DNA of 64,000 nucleotides, from assembly GCA_963758695.1 (NCBI GenBank), contig CAVWWM010000025.1, forward strand, positions 937 to 64,936. The letters run 5' to 3'. The stretch is from an uncultured Actinomycetes bacterium. Lineage in GTDB: Bacteria > Actinomycetota > Acidimicrobiia > Spongiisociales > DATADW01. Positions 18,406-26,412 of the stretch are shown here, piece by piece. Under the pieces are notes generated by a model that was not told where the DNA came from, made no database searches, and worked only from the letters and a program-made list of their open reading frames with translations. The translations under genes were made by a program, and so were the position numbers. The first letter of the stretch is position 1. Each line of letters begins with the position of its first letter.

Positions 18406-19533
18406 TCATGCTTCCTCCCCCCCGGAGTTGCCGCCATACCAGAGCAGGGTCCGACGCAGCCCCTCCTCGAGACCGACCTTGGGGTCGAACCCGAGGTGGG
18501 TGCGGGCCTTGGTGATGTCGGGACTGCGCCGATTGGGGTTGTCGATGAGGTATTCCTTCTCGGGGCTCTCCCCGAGGACGACCTTCCCCTGGTATCCGAA
18601 GAGCTCGCGGCCCAGCCTGGCCACGGACTCGGCCAGATCAGCCATCGAGGTCTCAGGTCCATCGATACCGACGTTGTATGGCTCGCCGGACCCGCCCTTC
18701 CCGAGTACCAGGAAGTAGCCGGTGACGGCGTCGGCCACGTAGCAGAAGGTCCTGGTCGGCGATCCATCGGAGTAGAGGACCAGGTCATGCCCGGCGATCA
18801 TGTTGCGCGCCAGGTCGGCGATCACCCGGCCGTCGGTGATCTTCATCCCCGGCCCGTAGTTGTTGAAGGGCCGTGCCACCGCTACCGGGAGCCCGTGCTG
18901 CTGGGCGAAGTTGACGCATAGCGTCTCGCCGTAGCGCTTCGACTCGTCGTAACAGGCGCGGGGACCGGTACAGGAGACGTACCCCCGATAAGTCTCCGGA
19001 GTGGGGATGGCCTCAGCCACTGGGTCGCCGTAGATCTCAGAAGATGAGAAGAAGAGGAAGCCTCGCACCGGGGTCCCCGCCGCAGTCTGCGCCACCGCCT
19101 TGTCGAGCAGGTTGCGCAGCCCGTTGATGTTGGCATCCATGGTTTCGATCGGGTGCGCCCGGTAGTAGGTGGGCGAGGCGACGCCGGCGGCATGGATGAC
19201 CCACTCGAAATCCCCCATGTCTTCGGGAAGCGGGAGACGCATGTCGTGGGTGCGCAACTCCAAACCGTCGCGACCCTCGAGCTCGCCAAGCCAGCTGGGG
19301 ACACCGCGGAAGTAGTTGTCGAACACCGTCACCGAGATGGGGGCCTTGTCGGGGTTGGCGGCGTTCCAGGCGAGCGGCGCCTGGACCATGTAGTAGCCGA
19401 GGAAACCGGCGCCCCCGGTGATGAGGAGCCGCTCCCCCGACATCGCCGAGAAGACTTCGTCGAGGTCGGCGCCCATCATCGCCAGATCGGCGGAGACGAC
19501 TTCGGATGCCTTATCGGTGGCAGCAAGGGTCAT
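18406..19533 (-). CDS. NAD-dependent epimerase/dehydratase, UDP-glucuronate decarboxylase (UXS/ArnA-C)-like
   Basis: LLITGGAGFLG, SSSEIYGDP, PRACYDESKRYGETLC (close to the UXS CYDEGKRVAE block). ATGA overlap with the upstream LmbE gene. Confidence 0.75.
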   Translation of the reverse strand: MTLAATDKASEVVSADLAMMGADLDEVFSAMSGERLLITGGAGFLGYYMVQAPLAWNAANPDKAPISVTVFDNYFRGVPSWLGELEGRDGLELRTHDMRLPLPEDMGDFEWVIHAAGVASPTYYRAHPIETMDANINGLRNLLDKAVAQTAAGTPVRGFLFFSSSEIYGDPVAEAIPTPETYRGYVSCTGPRACYDESKRYGETLCVNFAQQHGLPVAVARPFNNYGPGMKITDGRVIADLARNMIAGHDLVLYSDGSPTRTFCYVADAVTGYFLVLGKGGSGEPYNVGIDGPETSMADLAESVARLGRELFGYQGKVVLGESPEKEYLIDNPNRRSPDITKARTHLGFDPKVGLEEGLRRTLLWYGGNSGGEEA

Positions 19534-20183
19534 AGCAACACCATCTTCATGCAGTGGAAGGCTTCTGCCATCCCGGAGGGAGCGCGGCTCTCGATCCCAC
19601 GCAACCGGAGCAACGCCCTGAAGGTTTCCTCGGTGAACCACTCACGCCGCTTCTGGCTGGGGAACCCGTCGATGATCCCCGCCAACTTCCCCTCGGCATG
19701 CCGCTCCTCGAGATGGACATACACAGAAGGCCGGCCGAGGTCGCCGTCGAACTTGGGGATCTCGTACTCGAGCACCAATTGGTCGCGGAAGGTGTTGCCA
19801 ACGAGTTCGGAGACGGTGCGGTGGTCCTGGTGGGCGTCGCCACGCCAGGGGCACAGCACCAGATCGGGCTCGATCCCCCGGCCGAGTTCGTCGAACCACT
19901 CCTTGAGTTCCGGCTGGTGGGGGAAGTAGCGCTCGCGGAAGTTCTCCACCCGGACCCGGGTGACACCGGCACCTGCCAGAAACCTCTCGGCACTGGCCGT
20001 CGCCTCGTCGGACCGTTCGCCGGGGGCGGTGAGGACCACCCAGTCGACCTCGATGCCGGGGCACGACTCGACAAGTTGCAGCACCGTCCCACCGCAGCCG
20101 ATCTCGATGTCGTCACTGTGAGCTCCGAGACAGAGCACCCGCCGGATCTGGGCGCCGAGCGGCGCCGCCCCAACCTTCAACAC
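19530..20183 (-). CDS. PIG-L/LmbE family deacetylase
   Basis: VLCLGAHSDDIEIGCGGT and a later HQDH motif, both typical of LmbE-like zinc deacetylases. Confidence 0.8.
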   Translation of the reverse strand: MLKVGAAPLGAQIRRVLCLGAHSDDIEIGCGGTVLQLVESCPGIEVDWVVLTAPGERSDEATASAERFLAGAGVTRVRVENFRERYFPHQPELKEWFDELGRGIEPDLVLCPWRGDAHQDHRTVSELVGNTFRDQLVLEYEIPKFDGDLGRPSVYVHLEERHAEGKLAGIIDGFPSQKRREWFTEETFRALLRLRGIESRAPSGMAEAFHCMKMVLL

Positions 20184-20190
20184 CTGGAGC

Positions 20191-20987
20191 TCAACTCGGC
20201 TCGGAGGACGGTTGCTTCCAGACCTCCCAGGGGGCGTCCCCCGCTCCGTAGCCCTCTTCGAGCGCTTGGCGGTCCTTGAAGGTGTCCATCGCCGTCCAGA
20301 AGCCGCGATAGCGGTGCGCCCACAGCTTGCGCTCAGCGATGAGTCGCTGGAACGGCTCGAACACGAGATCCTCGCCCTCGTGGAGGTGCTTGAAGATCTC
20401 CTTGCGAAACACGAAGTACCCGCCGTTGACCCAGAGGTCGGACTCGCTCAGCGGATCGATCGACCTCACCTCTCCGTTCTCTCCGATGTCAGTCACATGG
20501 AACGACTGGGTGGAATGGACGGCGAGGAACCCGGCAACCTTGTCGGGTTGAGCGAGGAAAGTGTCGACATAAGCGCCCAGGTCGAGATCGGTCAGCCCGT
20601 CGGAATAGTTGGCCAGGAAGACCTCCTCCTCGTCGAGGTAGGGCTCCACCGCCTTGAGCCGCTCGCCGATGCTCGAGCTGATCCCTGTCTCGGCGAAGGT
20701 GATCTTCCATTCGTCGATGTCGCGGCTCAGCAACTGGATGTCGTGCCCCCCTCAGACAGGACAAAGTCGTTGGAGACCCACTCGCGGTAGTCGAGGAAGT
20801 ACTCCTTGATCACCTGGCTCTTGTAACCGAGGCACAAGATGAACTCGGTGTGCCCGAAGTGGGCGTAATACCTCATCAGATGCCAGAGGATTGGCCGCGG
20901 GCCGATGGGCACCATCGGCTTGGGGACGGCATCGGAGTACTCGCGCAGCCTTGTACCCAACCCCCCACAGAAAAGGACAACCTTCAT
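20191..20987 (-). pseudogene. rfbF: glucose-1-phosphate cytidylyltransferase, one frameshift in a C6/G6 run at 20746..20751
   Basis: N-terminal ORF: MKVVLFCGGLGTRLREYSDAVPKPMVPIGPRPILWHLM. C-terminal ORF 20191..20733 continues HDIQLLSRDIDEWKITFAETG...WVNGGYFVF...GFWTAMDTFKD in another frame. Confidence 0.8.
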
Positions 20988-21124
20988 CCCGCCCTCCTTG
21001 GGACGCTCCCCGCCGTTGGCACGCACTTCACCTGGCAGGTCTGCGGCGCGCCTGATCTACACGTTCTCATCGGCCCGAGCCCACCCGATCTGAAGCGAAA
21101 CGACCACACCCGGTGGGACTGCCG

Positions 21125-21181
21125 AACCCTGGGTTCGAAGCGCGCCACCACGACCATTCGAACCCAGGGTTGGCAGCTACC
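21125..21181. promoter_or_regulatory. perfect 15-bp stem / 17-nt loop hairpin followed by a 20-nt motif shared with the lpd upstream region
   Basis: AACCCTGGGTTCGAA (21125..21139) pairs with TTCGAACCCAGGGTT (21157..21171). ACCCAGGGTTGGCAGCTACC (21162..21181) is identical to 1289..1308. Confidence 0.6.
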
Positions 21182-21213
21182 GCCGCGGTACTCACCAACC
21201 CTCGGTTGGCGGT

Positions 21214-21312
21214 CATGCGGAACCGAGCGCCAATGCGAACCACACGGCCCCTGCGGCGAGGATCACCAGCGCCGCCACCAGGGCGAGGATGATCAAGACC
21301 CGGGTCGGCATG
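21214..21312 (-). CDS. possible 32-aa single-TM micro-protein (MPTRVLIILALVAALVILAAGAVWFALALGSA)
   Basis: ATG 21312 lies 22 nt downstream of the sulfotransferase stop. The ORF is entirely hydrophobic after a basic N-terminus. It is below the ORF-track length cutoff, and there is no homology evidence. Confidence 0.3.
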
Positions 21313-21334
21313 CCGGCAAGCCCGCGCCCATCGG

Positions 21335-22264
21335 TCAGCGCTCGGCATCCGCTTCGAGCAGACGGTGGAGTGCCGTTGTTTCCGGGGCGTACATATCCTC
21401 GAGCAGTCGACGGTGCTCTTCGGGGATGGCGTCGGGACGCTGGCGCCCCACCACGTCAGCACCGCCGCCTACCCCCCGGTCGATGACCGACCCTGCGGGG
21501 AACTGTCCCCAATCGGCGGGGACCGAGACCCCGAGGTGGGTGAGCACCCGGGTCAAGAGTTCGAGCGGGCGATCCCGGATCTCGTCGTTGGAGACGACGA
21601 GCAGCCGCTCGGAGGGGTACTCGGCCCGCCACCGCTCGATCATCCCGGTGAAGTCGACATTGCTCCGGGTCGAGGTGCGACCGAAGAACTCGCGGTACTC
21701 CTCGGAGGGGACGTCAGACGGTTCCCGCGCCTGCTCCCTAGCGAGCTTCATTACGGCGTGCGACCACACCGTGTCGACCGGATCACGGACGACGAGGATC
21801 AGCCGGGCATCGGGCAGGAGCCGCCGCACCGCCGCCACCCGCTTCGGAGGAAGCAACGAGTACGCGGGAGTTATCTCGCCCCTGACCTTCCCGGCTCCGG
21901 CGGCGAAGTGCCCTGCGTACCAGTGGGGCGACTTGTGCCAGCGGCCGTCGAAGTAGTGGACCTCCTTCACATCGGGGAGGTACAGCTCTGGATGGGCCCG
22001 CAGGTTGTGGTGGAGCCATGTGGTCCCGGTCTTGGCAGCACCGATCCCGAGGAAGTCGGGCAGGTTGGCCGGGGGCTGTATCCATCCTCTGGCCATGGCC
22101 CACCGGATCGCATCAGAGGGGACGATCTCGGTGCGCTGCAACGAACGCAACGCCCTCTTGGCCCACGCTCCGCCCGGCACCTGCGACCAGCGGACCGTAC
22201 CTTTCGGCGGCCGGGCCGCCGCCTCGAGAGATCGCCGGGTAGACCCCAGGTCAGGCTCGGTCAC
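21335..22264 (-). CDS. sulfotransferase family protein
   Basis: 5'-PSB-like loop GIGAAKTGTTWL and 3'-PB-like LILVVRDPVDTVWS. GTGA overlap with the carrier-protein stop. Confidence 0.75.
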   Translation of the reverse strand: MTEPDLGSTRRSLEAAARPPKGTVRWSQVPGGAWAKRALRSLQRTEIVPSDAIRWAMARGWIQPPANLPDFLGIGAAKTGTTWLHHNLRAHPELYLPDVKEVHYFDGRWHKSPHWYAGHFAAGAGKVRGEITPAYSLLPPKRVAAVRRLLPDARLILVVRDPVDTVWSHAVMKLAREQAREPSDVPSEEYREFFGRTSTRSNVDFTGMIERWRAEYPSERLLVVSNDEIRDRPLELLTRVLTHLGVSVPADWGQFPAGSVIDRGVGGGADVVGRQRPDAIPEEHRRLLEDMYAPETTALHRLLEADAER

Positions 22265-22497
22265 CGGCGTTCCTCGACCAGGCGGGCTATGCCGGCAACA
22301 TTCTCGAAGTGCGAGAGGTCGACATCATCGGCGTTGATCTCGACACCGAACTCCTCTTCGAGGAACCCGATGAGTGTGAGCACCCCCATCGAGTCGATGA
22401 TCTCGGACGTGATCAGCGACGTGTCGTCGTCGATCTCCGACCCGGGCGCGAGCTCTTCGGAGATGTAACGGCGGATCGTCTGAGCAGTCGAGGTCAT
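22261..22497 (-). CDS. acyl/peptidyl carrier protein (DltC-like, 78 aa)
   Basis: Phosphopantetheine-site block SEIIDSMGVLTLIGFLEEEFGVEI, small acidic protein, first gene of the minus-strand operon. Confidence 0.75.
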   Translation of the reverse strand: MTSTAQTIRRYISEELAPGSEIDDDTSLITSEIIDSMGVLTLIGFLEEEFGVEINADDVDLSHFENVAGIARLVEERR

Positions 22498-22705
22498 GAG
22501 CTTTCCACGAAGGGGTTCGGTCGCGCGGTGTTGGCGCCGTGGCGGGGTCGATGGTACCGGGGCATGTCCCCATCGTTCGCACTGCAGTATCGACCCGCGG
22601 TGGCCGATATTTGAGCTGACACCGGGGCACGACTCGGTCGTCCGTACACTCCTGCGACCCGCCGCGGCCCTTTGGGCGAAGAGCGCGGCACCGAGGTAGA
22701 ACGTC

Positions 22706-23608
22706 ATGTTGGAGGTGAGGTCGATAGAGACGACCATGCTCGAGGAGGATGGCTCCCGGGCCGAGGCCTGTTTCGTCGAGACCGACCGGGGGGCCCTGTT
22801 CATGGTCACGCACCTACCCGCCGGACCGGCGCAGGGTGCAGTGGTCGTGTGCAGCCCGATCCAATCCGAATTGCTCAAGAACAACCGCCGCGAGGTGATG
22901 CTCGCCCGCCGTCTCGCCAGTCAAGGCTTGGCGGTGGCCCGCTTCCACTACATCGGCACCGGGAACAGCGACGGCGAGGTCAGCGACGTCACCATCGACG
23001 GCATGGCTGAGGACACTGCCGCGGTCGCCACCGCCCTTGCCGCCGACACCGACCGGATCGGGTTCGTCGCCACCAGGCTCGGCTCGCTGGCTGCGTCCCG
23101 CGTCGCATCTGGGCTACCCGGTTCGCCCCTCGCCTTCTGGGAGCCGGTGGTCTCGGGTCGCGGTTACCTCAAGGAGTTGATGCGTGTCAGGCTGATGGTT
23201 GGGATGCGACAGGGGACCGACGGGAGCAAGGCACCACCGGTGACCGACGAGATCGCAGACCAGCTCGCCCGGACGGGCTCGTTCGCGGTGATGGGATTCT
23301 CCATCGGAGGCGGACTCAAGGAAGACCTCGAACGAAGCGATCTCAGGATCGAGCAGCCCGCCGACCATGACGTGCTCGTTGTCCAGTTCGGTCAGCGTGC
23401 TGGGATACGCCGCGAACTCCGAGCGCTCGCCACGGATCTCGAACAACGAGGGGGCGCTCCAACGGTCGAGCAGGTGCCTTTTGACGAGGCCTGGTGGCTC
23501 CATGTCGATGTGGATGCGCTCACCCCCGAACGCGAGCTTGCTATGAACACCGATGTCGTCGGCCGCACCGAGCGGTGGCTGACCAGCGCTCTCGGGGTGG
23601 TCGTATGA
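22706..23608 (+). CDS. atypical alpha/beta-fold protein, type A copy 1 (Arg at the nucleophile-elbow position)
   Basis: VVVCSPIQSELLKNNRREVMLARRLASQGLAVARFHYIGTGNSDG; elbow-like FVATRLGS; WEPVVSGRGYL. Paralog of 24531..25406. Confidence 0.8.
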   Translation: MLEVRSIETTMLEEDGSRAEACFVETDRGALFMVTHLPAGPAQGAVVVCSPIQSELLKNNRREVMLARRLASQGLAVARFHYIGTGNSDGEVSDVTIDGMAEDTAAVATALAADTDRIGFVATRLGSLAASRVASGLPGSPLAFWEPVVSGRGYLKELMRVRLMVGMRQGTDGSKAPPVTDEIADQLARTGSFAVMGFSIGGGLKEDLERSDLRIEQPADHDVLVVQFGQRAGIRRELRALATDLEQRGGAPTVEQVPFDEAWWLHVDVDALTPERELAMNTDVVGRTERWLTSALGVVV

Positions 23609-24534
23609 CAGGGGCACTGCTCTCCACCGGTGTGCGCGAACGCCCCGTCTTCTTTCCATCCGATGGGAACACCCTGTTCGGTGTGCTCACCGAACCGGAG
23701 GGACCCAGCAACGGGGTCGGTGTCCTCCTCATCCAGGGCGGCGACACCGTCAATGTCTCGCTGCACCGCAACCGGCTCGCCGTCAGGCTGGCACGCAGCC
23801 TCGCCGCCGATGGGTATACCTGCCTCCGCTTTGACTACCACGGTTTGGGGGAGAGCTCGGGTGACATCGGGGCCTTGCACCTCCACAACCCCTTCACCGA
23901 GGACGCCGAGGCAGCGGCCGAGGTGATGCACCAGCTCGGGATCGATGACCTAGTGCTGGTCGGCGCCTGTTTCAGCGCCCGGACAGCTCTATCGGCAGCG
24001 CCGCTCATCGACGGAGTTCGCGCCGTCGTGATGGCCACGCCACCTGTGGCCGGCTACGGGCGGGACGACGCCATGGCCGAGCGGCTGTCGCGGGAATGGT
24101 CGTGGTCTGATTATGTGAAGAGGGCTGCTCGCCTCGAGACTCTCGCCAACCTGGCTCGGCCGTCGCACCGCCAGGCATACAGCCGGTTCGCTCGCTCCAA
24201 GCTGCGTGGCACACGCCGCCCCGGAGGAGGCGACCCCACATTGCGTTGGGTTAGCCCGATGTTGCTCGATCCGCTCGACACCATGGTGAAGAGGGGCGTG
24301 CCCGTGCTGGTCGTGTTCGGTGACAAAGACCCACTTCTCGGCGAATGGCAGCGGGCGTCCACAGGACGACTCGGCTCCATATTGGATAGGGCAGGTGACC
24401 AGGTCGAAGTGATCGACGATCTGCCCGGCGTGGTTCACGGCTTCCTCGGGATCGATGTCCAGGACCGGTTCCTCGCACTGACGACCGATTGGATCAGGGC
24501 AAGGGTGCCCACCGCCGTTCGGGATGTTCAGTGA
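23605..24534 (+). CDS. atypical alpha/beta-fold protein, type B copy 1 (Cys at the nucleophile-elbow position)
   Basis: ATGA overlap with the upstream gene. LRFDYHGLGESSG; elbow LVGACFSARTAL; PVLVVFGDKDP. Paralog of 25403..26308. Confidence 0.8.
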   Translation: MTGALLSTGVRERPVFFPSDGNTLFGVLTEPEGPSNGVGVLLIQGGDTVNVSLHRNRLAVRLARSLAADGYTCLRFDYHGLGESSGDIGALHLHNPFTEDAEAAAEVMHQLGIDDLVLVGACFSARTALSAAPLIDGVRAVVMATPPVAGYGRDDAMAERLSREWSWSDYVKRAARLETLANLARPSHRQAYSRFARSKLRGTRRPGGGDPTLRWVSPMLLDPLDTMVKRGVPVLVVFGDKDPLLGEWQRASTGRLGSILDRAGDQVEVIDDLPGVVHGFLGIDVQDRFLALTTDWIRARVPTAVRDVQ

Positions 24535-25406
24535 AAATGGCGGCCGTGGCGCCGAGACCATGGCGAAGAGATCCGACAACCGACATCACCGAAGAGGCCG
24601 GCTACGACGGTGACCGGTTCTGGGTCTCGCACCAGCCAGAGCGCCCCCGCGTGGGGGTTCTGGTCTGCAGTCCGCTCCACGCCGAGATGCAGCGCAACTA
24701 CCGCCGCGAGGTGTTGCTGAGCCGCCGGTTGGCAAGCGCCGGCGCCGCAGTCGAGCGATTCCACTACCGCGGCATCGGCAACAGTTCCGGGGAGCCCAGT
24801 CGCCTCGCTCTGGACACGATGATCGAAGACGGGATCGCCGCCGTTCGCCACCTCCAGCAACGGGTAGGGGGCGTGCCGTTGGTTGTCCTCGGGACCAGGG
24901 TTGGAGGATTGGTCGCCGCCGCCGTGGCTGCAAAGGAGAAGGCCGTCGGTCTCGCCCTGTGGCAACCGCTGGTCAAGGGATCTGCCTACATGCGTGAGGC
25001 GGAGCGCTCCGCCATGGCGAGGGCCATCACACGAACCGGTGATGAGCGTCCGCCGCCACTCCGAGACGTGCTCGCCTCCCAGGGATCGGCCGATGTGCTC
25101 GGGGAAAGGGTTTACGCCGCGCTGAGCACCAGCCTGGAGACCGCCCAGCTGAGAACGCTCATCGGCGACGAGCCGCGACCCATCCTGCTGGCGCAGGCCG
25201 GCGGTCCAGACGGACTGCGCGGCGAGCTGGCACGTTTGGCCGACGACCTCTCCGGGAGCGGGTTCACCGTCACCGCCCGTCCCACCGGGGACGCAGAGGT
25301 CTGGTGGGCCAACCCCGGCGGCGACCTCTTCCGCGAGGAGGACCACAAGCCCCTCACCGTCGAGCTTCTTCGTATCACTTCCGAATGGTTGGAGACGTTG
25401 TCGTGA
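24531..25406 (+). CDS. atypical alpha/beta-fold protein, type A copy 2
   Basis: GTGA overlap (alternative ATG 24537). VLVCSPLHAEMQRNYRREVLLSRRLASAGAAVERFHYRGIGNSSG; elbow-like VLGTRVGG; WQPLVKGSAYM. Confidence 0.8.
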   Translation: MKMAAVAPRPWRRDPTTDITEEAGYDGDRFWVSHQPERPRVGVLVCSPLHAEMQRNYRREVLLSRRLASAGAAVERFHYRGIGNSSGEPSRLALDTMIEDGIAAVRHLQQRVGGVPLVVLGTRVGGLVAAAVAAKEKAVGLALWQPLVKGSAYMREAERSAMARAITRTGDERPPPLRDVLASQGSADVLGERVYAALSTSLETAQLRTLIGDEPRPILLAQAGGPDGLRGELARLADDLSGSGFTVTARPTGDAEVWWANPGGDLFREEDHKPLTVELLRITSEWLETLS

Positions 25407-26308
25407 TCGAGCAACCCTTTTTCGTCGATTCCGGCGGGGAGGATCTCTTCGGGGTGGTCGCCCTGCCGGATGAGCCTGCACGGACCGTCGCCACCCTGCT
25501 ACCCGCGGGCGGCTACACGTTCTCGCCGCAACGAAATGGGTGGGGCACCAGGCTCACCCGGAGTCTGGCGGACTCCGGTTTGGCCGCCGTCCGCTTCGAC
25601 TGGCACGGCATCGGGGACAGTTCGGGACGGGCGGGCAACTTCGCCCTCGACCAGCCTTTCGCAGATGACGCCTTGGCGATGGTGGAGATGGCCCGGTCGG
25701 AGGGCTGGGAGCGACAGGTCCTCGTGGGACATTGCTTCGGGGCCCGCACCGCCCTCGCCATCGCACCACAGGTACCAGGTCTCGTCGGAGTCGCCCTCGT
25801 TTCCCCGCCGGTCCGGGACCATGCCCGTGGCGAGGGCGGGGCCAACCGGCTCGCCTACGACCTTGGGACCGCCGGGTACCTGCGCACCGCGGCGGGCAAG
25901 TTGCGCTGGAGCGCGCTGTCCGACCCGGCCGAGCGACGGCGCTACCTGCGGCTTGCCCGCTCTTTTGTGAAGATTCGGTGGGGCGCCGCCAAGCGCCGGG
26001 TTCAACAGTTGCGTGGCAGCGGCGTCGATCCCGTGCCATGGGTCAGCAGGCCGATGCTCAATCAGTTGGCGTGGCTCGCCGACCACGGCATCCCGGTCCT
26101 CTTCGTCTACGGGGACGAGGAAAACGACTTCGCCGAGTTCGGCGAGGCGCGCCAGGGCCGGCTGGGTGAGATCCTCGAGAAGAACGCCGAGAAGATCCGC
26201 ATAGAGGTGGTTCCGGGCTCGGTCCACGGGATGGACCGCACCGACACCCAGGACCGCGTTAAAGAAGTCGTCACTGCCTGGGCTACGGAGATAGGCGATC
26301 TCAGTTGA
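25403..26308 (+). CDS. atypical alpha/beta-fold protein, type B copy 2
   Basis: GTGA overlap. VRFDWHGIGDSSG; elbow LVGHCFGARTAL; PVLFVYGDEEN. Confidence 0.8.
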   Translation: MIEQPFFVDSGGEDLFGVVALPDEPARTVATLLPAGGYTFSPQRNGWGTRLTRSLADSGLAAVRFDWHGIGDSSGRAGNFALDQPFADDALAMVEMARSEGWERQVLVGHCFGARTALAIAPQVPGLVGVALVSPPVRDHARGEGGANRLAYDLGTAGYLRTAAGKLRWSALSDPAERRRYLRLARSFVKIRWGAAKRRVQQLRGSGVDPVPWVSRPMLNQLAWLADHGIPVLFVYGDEENDFAEFGEARQGRLGEILEKNAEKIRIEVVPGSVHGMDRTDTQDRVKEVVTAWATEIGDLS

Positions 26309-26319
26309 ACAATTCGGTA

Positions 26320-26412
26320 CCCCCCTGCCGCTGCTCCGCAGCGGGACCCTTCCCCTTCGAGTGGACGGAGAATCCGGCTGCCGTCTGCCGTCTGCCGTCT
26401 GCCGTCTGCCGT
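26320..26412. repeat. partial composite element: module B (second hairpin degenerate) + (CTGCCGT)x5
   Basis: CCCCCCTGCCGCTGCTCCGCAGCGGGACCCTTCCCC... followed by five perfect CTGCCGT units at 26378..26412. The array abuts the minus-strand stop codon at 26413. Confidence 0.85.
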
